A stretch of DNA of 64,000 nt from an uncultured Bacteroidota bacterium. Its GTDB lineage: Bacteria > Bacteroidota > Ignavibacteria > Ignavibacteriales > Ignavibacteriaceae. Under the pieces are notes generated by a model. It made no database searches and had not been told where the DNA came from. It saw nothing but the letters and a program-made list of their open reading frames with translations. The position numbers and the translations under genes are program-made. The stretch's first letter is position 1. Each line of letters opens with the position of its first letter. Below, piece after piece: positions 1 through 8,771 of this stretch. The stretch is taken from assembly GCA_963783855.1 (NCBI GenBank), contig CAWAPE010000001.1:88985-152984 (forward strand). Reading direction: 5' to 3'.

Positions 1-502
1 CAAAAAGAACTGTTGGAATAACCAGGAAAAGGATTAACGGGTTGCGGTATAAACGGTATTTGAATCTTTCCCATTTTGATTTCTTCAGATATTCCTGTAC
101 TGTCATCGTATAAATGTCACCTATTCCGCGGTGTTCAAGATTGCCGGCATTGGCGTGATGAATCGCGTGGCTTTTTCTCCAATAATGATATGGAGTAAGA
201 GTAAACACGCTTATTAACATTCCGGTGTAATCGTTTGCCTTTTTAGAATTGAAGAACGAGCCGTGCCCGCAATCGTGTTGAATTATAAACAACCTTGCTA
301 TAAATCCGGCTGCAGGAAATGCAAGAGCAAGTGTGATCCAGTAACTTACATCCAGACTAATGAACATAAGATACCAGAGAATTACAAAAGGTAAAAAGGA
401 ATTTGCAAGTTGCCAGATACTTTTAATATTGCTCGGCATCTGGTATTTAGAGACCAGTTGCAGCCAGGTAGGTTTTGGGTTACCTGAATTATTAACAGAC
501 AT
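1..502 (-). CDS. Membrane fatty-acid desaturase, N-terminal part only (gene runs off the window edge)
   Basis: Not in ORF track. My reverse-strand translation from ATG (502-500) reads MSVNNSGNPKPTWLQLVSKYQMPSNIKSIWQLANSFLPFVILWYLMF...ARLFIIQHDCGHGSFF...WRKSHAIHHANAGNLEHRG... and stays open to position 1. The HDCGH and HAIHH histidine boxes are the desaturase hallmark. Confidence 0.8.
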   Translation of the reverse strand, partial: MSVNNSGNPKPTWLQLVSKYQMPSNIKSIWQLANSFLPFVILWYLMFISLDVSYWITLALAFPAAGFIARLFIIQHDCGHGSFFNSKKANDYTGMLISVFTLTPYHYWRKSHAIHHANAGNLEHRGIGDIYTMTVQEYLKKSKWERFKYRLYRNPLILFLVIPTVLF

Positions 503-631
503 ACAAATCGTAAAATTTTATAATTTATAATTTATAATGCTGAATATAACCATAATCCACCGCGTAAAAAACATTTTTATCATTAGCTGGTATTTTAGAA
601 TAATTCAATTACTGTCTGCCATCTAATTTTT

Positions 632-1105
632 TTACAATTTCGATGGATAAGTGAATTCCAATATTTTAGGTTCCACCAGTCTCTGGAAATCCTTAAAACC
701 CATTTTTATCAGGTTATTGTGATTGCATGCGTTAAAGGCTATTTCATAATCTTCAGCAAGACTTTTTGATATATACACTTCCATGTTATAAAGATTTCCA
801 AACGGAGGCATTGCTCCTACTTCGCAATCAGGAAATTTATCTTTAAACTCCTGCTCGTAAGCAAGACGAACTTCTTTTGCACCGAGTGCTTTTTTTAATG
901 CTGCAAATTTAATTTTATATGAAGCCGGAAGAACTGCCATTATTAATTTTCCATCAGCTTTAATTAAAACTGTCTTTGCCAGTGATTTGCCCGGAATGTG
1001 AACTGATGCCGCAATCTCCTGGGAAGTGTACGCGGGTGAGTGAGTCAGTGTCAGATATTTTACCAGGTTGCTGTCCAGGTAGTAAGTTAATTTATTCGGT
1101 AACAT
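632..1105 (-). CDS. YbaK/EbsC-type aminoacyl-tRNA editing (deacylase) domain protein
   Basis: Track ORF 632..1117 starts at GTG. An ATG four codons in (1105) is preceded by GGGGGA. Overall YbaK-like sequence (KTVLIKADGKLIMAVLPA, GAMPPFGN). Confidence 0.65.
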   Translation of the reverse strand: MLPNKLTYYLDSNLVKYLTLTHSPAYTSQEIAASVHIPGKSLAKTVLIKADGKLIMAVLPASYKIKFAALKKALGAKEVRLAYEQEFKDKFPDCEVGAMPPFGNLYNMEVYISKSLAEDYEIAFNACNHNNLIKMGFKDFQRLVEPKILEFTYPSKL

Positions 1106-1132
1106 TTTATCCCCCACAGATAATAACTGAAA

Positions 1133-1429
1133 TTAAATTTCCTTTGTTAGTTCAACAAATCTTTTATAAGGAATCGCCAAAAGGCTTTCGGCCTGAAATG
1201 CTCCGTTTGAAAGACTGATCATTGAAACTTTTGCTGCGGTTTCCTCGTCGGGTGCCTCGTAGACATCAAGAAAATCATATTTGCCAAGCAAAGCATAATG
1301 CTCTAGAAATTTTACATCAGGGCATTTCTTCTTTACCTGGAACAACCAGTCACGACCGACTTCTCCCCTGTTCTTAAGCTGCTTCATAATATCGGGAGTA
1401 AGCTTTGTAAGCAGTATAAATGTTTTCAT
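1133..1429 (-). CDS. GYD domain protein
   Basis: 98 aa; LLGKYDFLDVYEAPDEETAAKVS matches the G-x-YD core of the GYD family. Confidence 0.65.
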   Translation of the reverse strand: MKTFILLTKLTPDIMKQLKNRGEVGRDWLFQVKKKCPDVKFLEHYALLGKYDFLDVYEAPDEETAAKVSMISLSNGAFQAESLLAIPYKRFVELTKEI

Positions 1430-1607
1430 GGCTTCCCCTGTTTGTATGGTTTGGATGATTTTCCATACATCTTAAGCCTGAAAATTTGCAAGATGAGGTT
1501 TAAGGTGTCAACAATTACATAGACAATATATATTTCAGAAGGATAAAGTCAATTGAAATCATTTAACATTTTATTGCGGTGCTGTAACTTATTATTAAAG
1601 GAGGAGT

Positions 1608-2213
1608 TTACGGACGGTTCCCGATTGGACTAAATTCAAACTGATCCAGTTTAACACCGTTATTTTCTGCATATCTTCCTATTGATGAACCGTGAGCAAA
1701 CAAAACGGAAATTGTAATATCATCCTCAAATTTTTGTGAAATCAAAGCAATAAACCCATCTGAAAAAATCCAGTAATAAGAAGGTCCCGAATAACTTCCA
1801 TAATCATTTTCTTTTACCCAGATCTTATCCGCAATATATAGCGGGCCAGATCTGAATCCTGGTTTTCCAAATTCGTCGCTTAGATATTTCAATATGTATA
1901 ACAAATCAGATTTAAATGATTCATCGGGTTTTATAATATAAGCGCCTTCGGTAAGTTTATTATTTTTGAAAGTATAGTCGACACGAGAATTAATTCCAGC
2001 AAGATTATCTTTATAAGAAAGCGTCTCTACTCCAAAACCAATAAATTTTTGTAGATAAAATGAAGATTCAATTTCTTTAACATTCTCAATTGAGCTTCCC
2101 CAAGGAATGTTTCTGAATTGAGGCATAGGAGATGTAGAATCTGGTAGGGAAGTTGCAGAATTAATCTCACTAAAAGAGAGAAAAACTATTATGGAATAAA
2201 TTATTACTTTCAT
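1608..2213 (-). CDS. Hypothetical secreted protein
   Basis: 201-aa ORF with hydrophobic N-terminal signal-like segment (MKVIIYSIIVFLSFSEINSA); no motif recognised. Confidence 0.5.
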   Translation of the reverse strand: MKVIIYSIIVFLSFSEINSATSLPDSTSPMPQFRNIPWGSSIENVKEIESSFYLQKFIGFGVETLSYKDNLAGINSRVDYTFKNNKLTEGAYIIKPDESFKSDLLYILKYLSDEFGKPGFRSGPLYIADKIWVKENDYGSYSGPSYYWIFSDGFIALISQKFEDDITISVLFAHGSSIGRYAENNGVKLDQFEFSPIGNRP

Positions 2214-2249
2214 ATTTACAGTAACTCTTATTATAATTTTTCTAAATTA

Positions 2250-2912
2250 TTAAAACAGTATTCCTAACGAGGCTGAAATTTCAGGACTGCTGTAATTCTT
2301 TTCAAATCCAACTCGTTCTTTAAAATCAGTTACAAAGTAATAACCTCCCCGCATTCCAAGCATAAACAACCTGCTAATGCTGATATCAACTCCCACCCCT
2401 AAAAAACTTCCGAATGCCGTTTCAGAAATTGATTGTGTCGTTACACTATTATTTATAATTACGTTCGTCGCATCGCCGAAAACCGGTCCGATAAGCATAG
2501 TAATATATGTTCTTACTTTATCCGAAGAATTTAATTCAAACGGCTCATATTTTACTCCAAATAAAAACGGAATAATTGTCGCTGATTGAGTTCTAACTGA
2601 TCCAACAGCTACCAACACGTCTGCGTTAACATTTAAGACTCCGCAGAAAATAGTTAATGCTAGATCATTCTTCAACCATCTTGTATAAGAGACAGCTCCC
2701 AGTAAACCTTTGTTGCTACTTCTTACCGCAACTCCTCTCAAGCTAATATTATTTTCGGTCGTGAATTTAGTCATCAGTCCTATCCTTACTTCGATATTGT
2801 TATTTGCTCTGAGTTGGTTGGAATTATTTAGAGTTTCATCAGGTGAAATTTGTGCAGTTGACGTGAGGGATAGAAGTAGAAGAAGCGTTATTATTAAATT
2901 ACCCTTTAACAT
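2250..2912 (-). CDS. Hypothetical outer-membrane beta-barrel-like protein
   Basis: 220 aa. Signal peptide (LLLLLSLTSTAQ), alternating hydrophobic pattern and C-terminal aromatic residue (..LGILF) typical of small OM barrels. Confidence 0.5.
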   Translation of the reverse strand: MLKGNLIITLLLLLSLTSTAQISPDETLNNSNQLRANNNIEVRIGLMTKFTTENNISLRGVAVRSSNKGLLGAVSYTRWLKNDLALTIFCGVLNVNADVLVAVGSVRTQSATIIPFLFGVKYEPFELNSSDKVRTYITMLIGPVFGDATNVIINNSVTTQSISETAFGSFLGVGVDISISRLFMLGMRGGYYFVTDFKERVGFEKNYSSPEISASLGILF

Positions 2913-2971
2913 AATGCCCCCTGTTTAATATGGGATTCACCCTGGAGGTAAATCCCATCATTAATGTAATT

Positions 2972-3904
2972 TTACATAACCAGCGCCATAATTGCTTTCT
3001 GAACGTGTAGCCTGTTTTCAGCTTCATCAAATATTACAGAGTTAGGAGAATCAGCAACTTCATTTACCACTTCATCACCACGGTGAGCAGGAAGACAATG
3101 CATAAATAAATAATCGTCCTTTGCATTTTTTACCATAGCAGGATTCACCTGGTAAGCTGCAAATTGCTTTTTCCTTTCATCTGATTCTTTTTCCTGTCCC
3201 ATACTTGCCCAAACATCTGTATAAATAATATCAGCGTCCTTCACAGCCTCAACAGGATTATCCAGTATTTCAATTTTACTTCCCATATACTTTGCGTTTG
3301 CCTCTGAATTTTTCACGATTTCAGAATCCGGCTTGTAGCCAGAGGGAGTGGCGATTGCGATATCCATTCCAACTTTTGAACAACCGTGCAGAAGACTGTG
3401 GGCCATATTATTTCCATCACCCACATAAGCAAGTTTTAATCCGCGAAGTTCTCTTTTCTTTTCGAGAATTGTAAAAAGATCGGTCAATACCTGGCATGGA
3501 TGCAACAGGTCAGTAAGCCCGTTAATAATAGGAATACTTCCATATTTTGCAAGATCAACTACATCCTGATGGTCGAAAGTTCTGATCATAATTCCACTTA
3601 AATATCTCGATAAAACTTTTGCCGTATCTGAAATATTTTCACTCTTTTTTAACTGGAGATCATTCTGATTAAAATAAAGTCCAATTCCACCAAGCTGATA
3701 AATTCCTACTTCAAAAGATATTCTGGTTCTTGTTGAAGGTTTGGCAAAAATCATCCCGAGTGTTTTACCTTCCAATACTCTGTGAGGCTGGCCTGTAATC
3801 ACTTTTTCTTTTAGATTTTTACTAAGCTCAAATACCTGGTAAATTTCTTCCAATGACAGATCATTAATTGAAATTAAACTTTTTCCTTTCATGTTTACTG
3901 ACAT
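2972..3904 (-). CDS. argF: Ornithine carbamoyltransferase
   Basis: 310 aa with STRTR, HPCQ, DVWASMG and HCLP motifs of OTCase. Whether it acts catabolically (arcB) or anabolically is unresolved. It lies next to carbamate kinase. Confidence 0.9.
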   Translation of the reverse strand: MSVNMKGKSLISINDLSLEEIYQVFELSKNLKEKVITGQPHRVLEGKTLGMIFAKPSTRTRISFEVGIYQLGGIGLYFNQNDLQLKKSENISDTAKVLSRYLSGIMIRTFDHQDVVDLAKYGSIPIINGLTDLLHPCQVLTDLFTILEKKRELRGLKLAYVGDGNNMAHSLLHGCSKVGMDIAIATPSGYKPDSEIVKNSEANAKYMGSKIEILDNPVEAVKDADIIYTDVWASMGQEKESDERKKQFAAYQVNPAMVKNAKDDYLFMHCLPAHRGDEVVNEVADSPNSVIFDEAENRLHVQKAIMALVM

Positions 3905-3921
3905 ATATTTTCCCTTATTTT

Positions 3922-4866
3922 TCAGTTTATAATAATTCTGGTTCCACTTTCCGGATCATTCAATTTTGCGGAATCCGTAATAATAGTTTCCTTTCCGCCT
4001 CGTTTTAAAAATCCTATTGCCGCTTGAATTTTTGGTTTCATACTTCCTTCACCAAACTCTCCTGCCTCCAGGTACTTTTCCGCTTCTTCTACAGTAATTT
4101 TATCGAGCGCCTTTTGCCCTGGTTTATTAAAATTAATATATACTTTGGAGACATCTGTAAGCATATAAAAAGCATCTGCCCCAATCTCAGAAGCGAGCAA
4201 TGCTGAAGCTGAATCTTTATCTATCACGGCTTCAATACCCTGCAACAATTTATTTTCGTCCTTGTAAACCGGGATACCGCCGCCGCCGCTGGCAATTACA
4301 ATGTTTCCTTTAGTAACAAGATTTTTTATTGTTTTCTTATTCAGAATGTCTAACGGATAAGGTGAAGCAACAACTCTGCGCCATCCACGTTTACCAGCAT
4401 CTTCTTTAAATATCCAGTTGTGATTTCTCATCAACAATTCCGCTTCTTCTTTCAGGAAGTATGCCCCAACAGGTTTCGTCGGGTTCTGAAAAGCGGGATC
4501 ATCTTTCTCAACGAGTACCTGGGTAACAACTGTAACAACATTTTTCCTGATCTTATTTTCAGTCAAAACGTTTCTCATTTCCCGCTCAACCATGTAACCA
4601 ATTCCACCCTGCGAATCTGCAACGCAAATATCGAGAGGCATTTTAGGAATTTTATAAATTTTATATCCCGCATCATTGCGTAAGAATATATTTCCTACCT
4701 GCGGCCCGTTGCCATGTGTTATTACAAGGTTGTAATCATTCTTTAATAAGTTTACCAGATTCTCACAACTGTCATGTGAATTTTTATCCTGTTGTTGAAT
4801 TGTACCAATTTCGCTCCCTCTTAAAAGAGCATTTCCACCCAGAGCGACTACTGCAAGTTTTTTCAT
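3922..4866 (-). CDS. arcC: Carbamate kinase
   Basis: 314 aa; VVALGGNAL and ITHGNGPQVG motifs and length typical of carbamate kinase. Confidence 0.9.
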   Translation of the reverse strand: MKKLAVVALGGNALLRGSEIGTIQQQDKNSHDSCENLVNLLKNDYNLVITHGNGPQVGNIFLRNDAGYKIYKIPKMPLDICVADSQGGIGYMVEREMRNVLTENKIRKNVVTVVTQVLVEKDDPAFQNPTKPVGAYFLKEEAELLMRNHNWIFKEDAGKRGWRRVVASPYPLDILNKKTIKNLVTKGNIVIASGGGGIPVYKDENKLLQGIEAVIDKDSASALLASEIGADAFYMLTDVSKVYINFNKPGQKALDKITVEEAEKYLEAGEFGEGSMKPKIQAAIGFLKRGGKETIITDSAKLNDPESGTRIIIN

Positions 4867-5128
4867 AATATCCCGATAGAGTCTGTAATTTATTTTCCGT
4901 AAATAATAAAAAAATGGGAAGTAAAAATGATGATATGTTTAGCAATTCGTTAAATTTCTCCATTTTTTCCCCGTTGAAGAATCCAAACTGTTTAATTCTC
5001 CGACTTTAAATTTACTGACATTTGGCTTCAAAATAAATCAAAAATTGTATTCTATTATATACCTGTTAAAATTTGGACTATTTTTATATCTTCAATTATT
5101 ACTTTTAAAAGCCATTTTACTTTATTTT

Positions 5129-5725
5129 ATGCAAAACAAAACTAACCTGAACGATTGGCTGCAGCCTGAAAATATGATTCGCCTTTATTCACGAGGTGCT
5201 TTTCCGATGGCTGATGAAATTACCGGCGAAATTAACTGGTACCTGCCGGAAATTCGTACGATAATTCCCCTCAATAATTATAACTACCCGCGCTCATTAA
5301 GAAAATCAATTAAAGAACAAAACTTCGAATTTCGTTACGATCATAATTTTCTTCCCGTAGTAAAGGCCTGCGCAAACAGGGATAAAACATGGATATCGGA
5401 TAAACTTATTTCTTCATATTTAAAATTGCAGGAGCTTGGCCACACCCATACAGTTGAGACATGGCAGGATGGTGAACTTGTAGGAGGGCTTTACGGAATT
5501 TCTTACGCAGGAGCATTTTTTGGTGAATCTATGTTCTCAATAGTTTCACAGGCATCAAAAGCGGCACTAATAAAATTGATAGAGCATTTAAATGAAAAGA
5601 ATTTTGTTATGCTGGACGTCCAATACATAACTCCGCACCTGGAAATGTTTGGAGCTGTGGAAATTTCTTTCGAAGAATACAACCGGCTTTTGCAAATGGC
5701 CTATCGGAGAGAATCTATATTTTAA
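5129..5725 (+). CDS. aat: Leucyl/phenylalanyl-tRNA--protein transferase
   Basis: Track ORF starts at 5045 with a low-complexity extension. Homology begins at ATG 5129 (MQNKTNLNDWLQPENMIRLYSRGAFPM; GGLYGISYAGAFFGESMFS). Confidence 0.85.
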   Translation: MQNKTNLNDWLQPENMIRLYSRGAFPMADEITGEINWYLPEIRTIIPLNNYNYPRSLRKSIKEQNFEFRYDHNFLPVVKACANRDKTWISDKLISSYLKLQELGHTHTVETWQDGELVGGLYGISYAGAFFGESMFSIVSQASKAALIKLIEHLNEKNFVMLDVQYITPHLEMFGAVEISFEEYNRLLQMAYRRESIF

Positions 5726-5735
5726 TAATATTGAA

Positions 5736-5766
5736 AAAATCCCTCCTATTTGAGAGAGGGATTTTC
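5736..5766. terminator. Bidirectional intrinsic terminator hairpin between aat and the M24 peptidase gene
   Basis: ATCCCTC (5739-5745) pairs with GAGGGAT (5756-5762), flanked by an A-run and a T-run, between convergent genes. Confidence 0.7.
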
Positions 5767-5840
5767 CCGAAAGGATGCCTTTGGCAAGGAAGAGTTTTTA
5801 CTTTACAAGTATTATTTCCTTCTGCGGATCGGAAATAAAT

Positions 5841-6989
5841 TCACATCCGTCTTTTGTGAACTACTACCATTTCCTCCAATGTTGAAACACCGTAACCTTT
5901 AACTGGCAGTCTGGGTTCAATTGTAAACACCTGGTTTTCTTCGACTTTCATATAGGGAGTTTGTCCGTACCTTTCCCATCTCGGAAGTAATCCGCAGCCA
6001 CCGTCGTGAACTTTTCTGCCAACCTGGTGACCAAGACCGTGTGCATATTCTTCGTAACCTTTTCCTGTTATATAATTGCGCGCTATGTCATCCATGTCGC
6101 AACCAGCAACGCCCGGCTTTAGTGCATCAGCTACTTTTTGAATTGCGTCCCTGATTATTTCAAATCCCTTTTGAACATCAGCCGGTTCTTTATCTTCCCC
6201 ATCCTTCAAAACATACCAGGTTCTCTGTAAATCGGAACAATATTCTTTATACTTAATTCCGAAATCCATATTTACCATGTGGCCTCTTTCAACCTTTCTG
6301 TTAGTTGATCCGGAGTGTGGGCCGTGTGGGTCCGGTCCTGTAAAAACCGCAGGGCAATGATCCTCTTCCCAGGCAAGTTCGAAACCTTTTGCTTTGGCTG
6401 ATGCTTTAACAAAATCTGATATCTCATTTTCACTTACTCCCGGCCTGATGAAATTCGTTACTCCATCAAAAATTATTAGAGTTTCTTTTATCGCTTCTTT
6501 CATTATTTCAAGTTCGGTAGAGGATTTTCTTCCTTTCAGTGCTGAAATAATTTCTTCTGCCGAAACAAGTTTATTCTCAAAACCTGTTCCTTTTAAATGT
6601 TCAATCAGATTTAGATAAAGTCCGTAAGTCAGTCCGTCGGACAGAACAGAACTTTGGGAATAATTGATTGCAATTGTTTTGGGATTTTTTTTCTCCAGGT
6701 ATTCCCGTAATGGCTCCCTCACAGATTTCAGGTAACCAATTACATTTTTGAAGCCACTAATATTTTCAAAATTTTCCTGTTCCATTGAACCAACTATAGC
6801 AGTTGTTTCTCCGTCTCTATTAATAATAAAAGCAGATTCCCAGGTACTGTTTCTTCCCAAAATTATTTCAAGCACCGGATCAGTAATGATTGAACTTTCT
6901 CTTACAAAAGTCATCCACATATCTATGTTTTTTTCATTCAGAATTTCTACAGCCTGGTCTATTTTTTCCTGCATTATTTTCTGATTCAT
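5841..6989 (-). CDS. M24 family Xaa-Pro aminopeptidase/dipeptidase
   Basis: 382 aa; metal-ligand pattern NMDFG..CSDLQRT, HGLGHQVG, FTIEP, LEEMVVV; creatinase-like N-terminal domain. Confidence 0.8.
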   Translation of the reverse strand: MNQKIMQEKIDQAVEILNEKNIDMWMTFVRESSIITDPVLEIILGRNSTWESAFIINRDGETTAIVGSMEQENFENISGFKNVIGYLKSVREPLREYLEKKNPKTIAINYSQSSVLSDGLTYGLYLNLIEHLKGTGFENKLVSAEEIISALKGRKSSTELEIMKEAIKETLIIFDGVTNFIRPGVSENEISDFVKASAKAKGFELAWEEDHCPAVFTGPDPHGPHSGSTNRKVERGHMVNMDFGIKYKEYCSDLQRTWYVLKDGEDKEPADVQKGFEIIRDAIQKVADALKPGVAGCDMDDIARNYITGKGYEEYAHGLGHQVGRKVHDGGCGLLPRWERYGQTPYMKVEENQVFTIEPRLPVKGYGVSTLEEMVVVHKRRM

Positions 6990-7296
6990 ATTATTTCCTC
7001 CATAAAATTCCAGAAATTGACAAAACTAAATTATAATCTATCAAATAACGTTAAAACTTACCAGAAACCCGAAATTGCCGGACACAATAATGTAAAAATT
7101 TCGCCTTAAGCAGTTAGTTTTTCATTAAAAAATCGCTAATTTTCATGCAGCAAATACGGAGATTTTTGAATTTATCTCAGCGACTAAATTTTCATGAATT
7201 ATTACAACATATTTTCCGCGAATAAAACATCACAAATCTCAATTATAATTAAGGGGAATATCACTTAAAAACATTTAATGTTAAGAGGTTATTATT

Positions 7297-8637
7297 ATGT
7301 CCGAGTATACACAAAATCTGGTGGCAAGAGTAAAAATGCAGAATCAAAATGAACCTGAATTCCACCAGGCAGTTGAAGAGGTTGTTGAATCATTAGACTT
7401 AGTTCTGGAAAGACATCCGGAATATAGATCATCAAAAATTTTAGAAAGAATGGTAGAACCTGAAAGAGTAATTATTTTCAGAGTTCCATGGATGGACGAT
7501 CAGGGAGAAATTCACATCAACCGTGGTTACAGAATTGAAATGAACAGCGCAATCGGGCCTTACAAAGGCGGATTAAGATTTCACCCTTCTGTGACTATTG
7601 GAATATTAAAATTTTTAGCATTCGAACAAGTATTTAAAAATAGTTTAACTACTCTGCCTATGGGCGGCGGTAAGGGTGGATCTGATTTTGATCCAAAAGG
7701 AAAAAGTGATAATGAAGTAATGAGATTCTGCCAGAGTTTTATGACTGAATTATTCAGACACATTGGACCTAATACTGACGTTCCTGCCGGCGATATCGGC
7801 GTGGGCGGAAGAGAAATAGGTTATTTGTTTGGTCAGTATAAAAGATTAAGAAACGAATTTACAGGTGTTCTTACCGGTAAAGGATTAAATTGGGGTGGTT
7901 CACTAATCAGACCTGAAGCAACCGGATACGGAGCAGTTTATTTTGCACATGAAATGTTGAAAACAAAAGGACACGATATTGAAGGTAAGACTTTTGCAGT
8001 TTCCGGTTTCGGAAATGTTGCCTGGGGAGCTGTTCAGAAAATTACACAACTCGGCGGAAAAGTTGTTACAATTTCAGGTCCCGATGGTTTTGTTTATGAC
8101 AAAGAAGGAATATCAGGTGAAAAAATAGACTATATGTTAAAGCTTCGTGCAAGCGCTAATGACAGAGTTAAAGATTACGCTGATAAATTTAAGGTCGAGT
8201 TTTTTGAGGGTAAAAAACCATGGGGTGTTAAAGTTGACGTTGCTATGCCCTGCGCCACTCAAAATGAAATTGACGGGAATGATGCAAAAGAACTCGTTAA
8301 AAACGGTTGTATTTGTGTTTGTGAAGGAGCAAATATGCCAACAACTATTGAGGGTTATAAAGTATTCACCGCGTCAAATATTCTTTACGCACCGGGCAAA
8401 GCTTCAAATGCAGGTGGAGTAGCTACTTCAGGACTTGAAATGTCACAGAACAGTATGCGTCTTCCCTGGCCAAGAGAAGAAGTTGACAGAAGATTACACG
8501 AAATAATGAAAAGAATTCATGACACTTGCATCACAACTGCGGAAAAATACGGTACGCCCGGTAACTATGTTAACGGTGCCAACATTGCCGGATTCCTGAA
8601 AGTTGCAGATGCAATGTTGGACCAGGGTCTGGTATAA
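7297..8637 (+). CDS. gdhA: Glutamate dehydrogenase, hexameric GdhA type (copy 1)
   Basis: 446 aa; KGGLRFHPS, LPMGGGKGGSDFDPKGKSD, GPNTDVPAGDIGVGGREIGYLFGQYK. Confidence 0.95.
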   Translation: MSEYTQNLVARVKMQNQNEPEFHQAVEEVVESLDLVLERHPEYRSSKILERMVEPERVIIFRVPWMDDQGEIHINRGYRIEMNSAIGPYKGGLRFHPSVTIGILKFLAFEQVFKNSLTTLPMGGGKGGSDFDPKGKSDNEVMRFCQSFMTELFRHIGPNTDVPAGDIGVGGREIGYLFGQYKRLRNEFTGVLTGKGLNWGGSLIRPEATGYGAVYFAHEMLKTKGHDIEGKTFAVSGFGNVAWGAVQKITQLGGKVVTISGPDGFVYDKEGISGEKIDYMLKLRASANDRVKDYADKFKVEFFEGKKPWGVKVDVAMPCATQNEIDGNDAKELVKNGCICVCEGANMPTTIEGYKVFTASNILYAPGKASNAGGVATSGLEMSQNSMRLPWPREEVDRRLHEIMKRIHDTCITTAEKYGTPGNYVNGANIAGFLKVADAMLDQGLV

Positions 8638-8680
8638 TTTATTTTATTTCAGACAAATTTATTTTATCTTGTTCATTGAA

Positions 8681-8721
8681 AAGCGAAATTTCCTTAGCCG
8701 GTTATTTCGCTTTATTTTTTT
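8681..8721 (+). terminator. Intrinsic terminator after gdhA copy 1
   Basis: AAGCGAAAT (8681-8689) pairs with ATTTCGCTT (8704-8712), followed by a T-run. Confidence 0.7.
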
Positions 8722-8771
8722 CAAAAGCCGGATAATATATTTTGAATAATAAAGTTTCCAGTTCGTATAAA

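Noticed and set aside
5045-5128. N-terminal extensions of track ORFs: 5045 for aat, 11804 for gdhA-2, 16469 for gdh-3, 53698 for dctP, 27262 for tolC, 29131 for rhodanese and 46038 for the amidase.
   Set aside because: The extensions are low-complexity or overlap upstream genes. Internal ATGs have RBS-like sequences and coincide with where homology or signal peptides begin.
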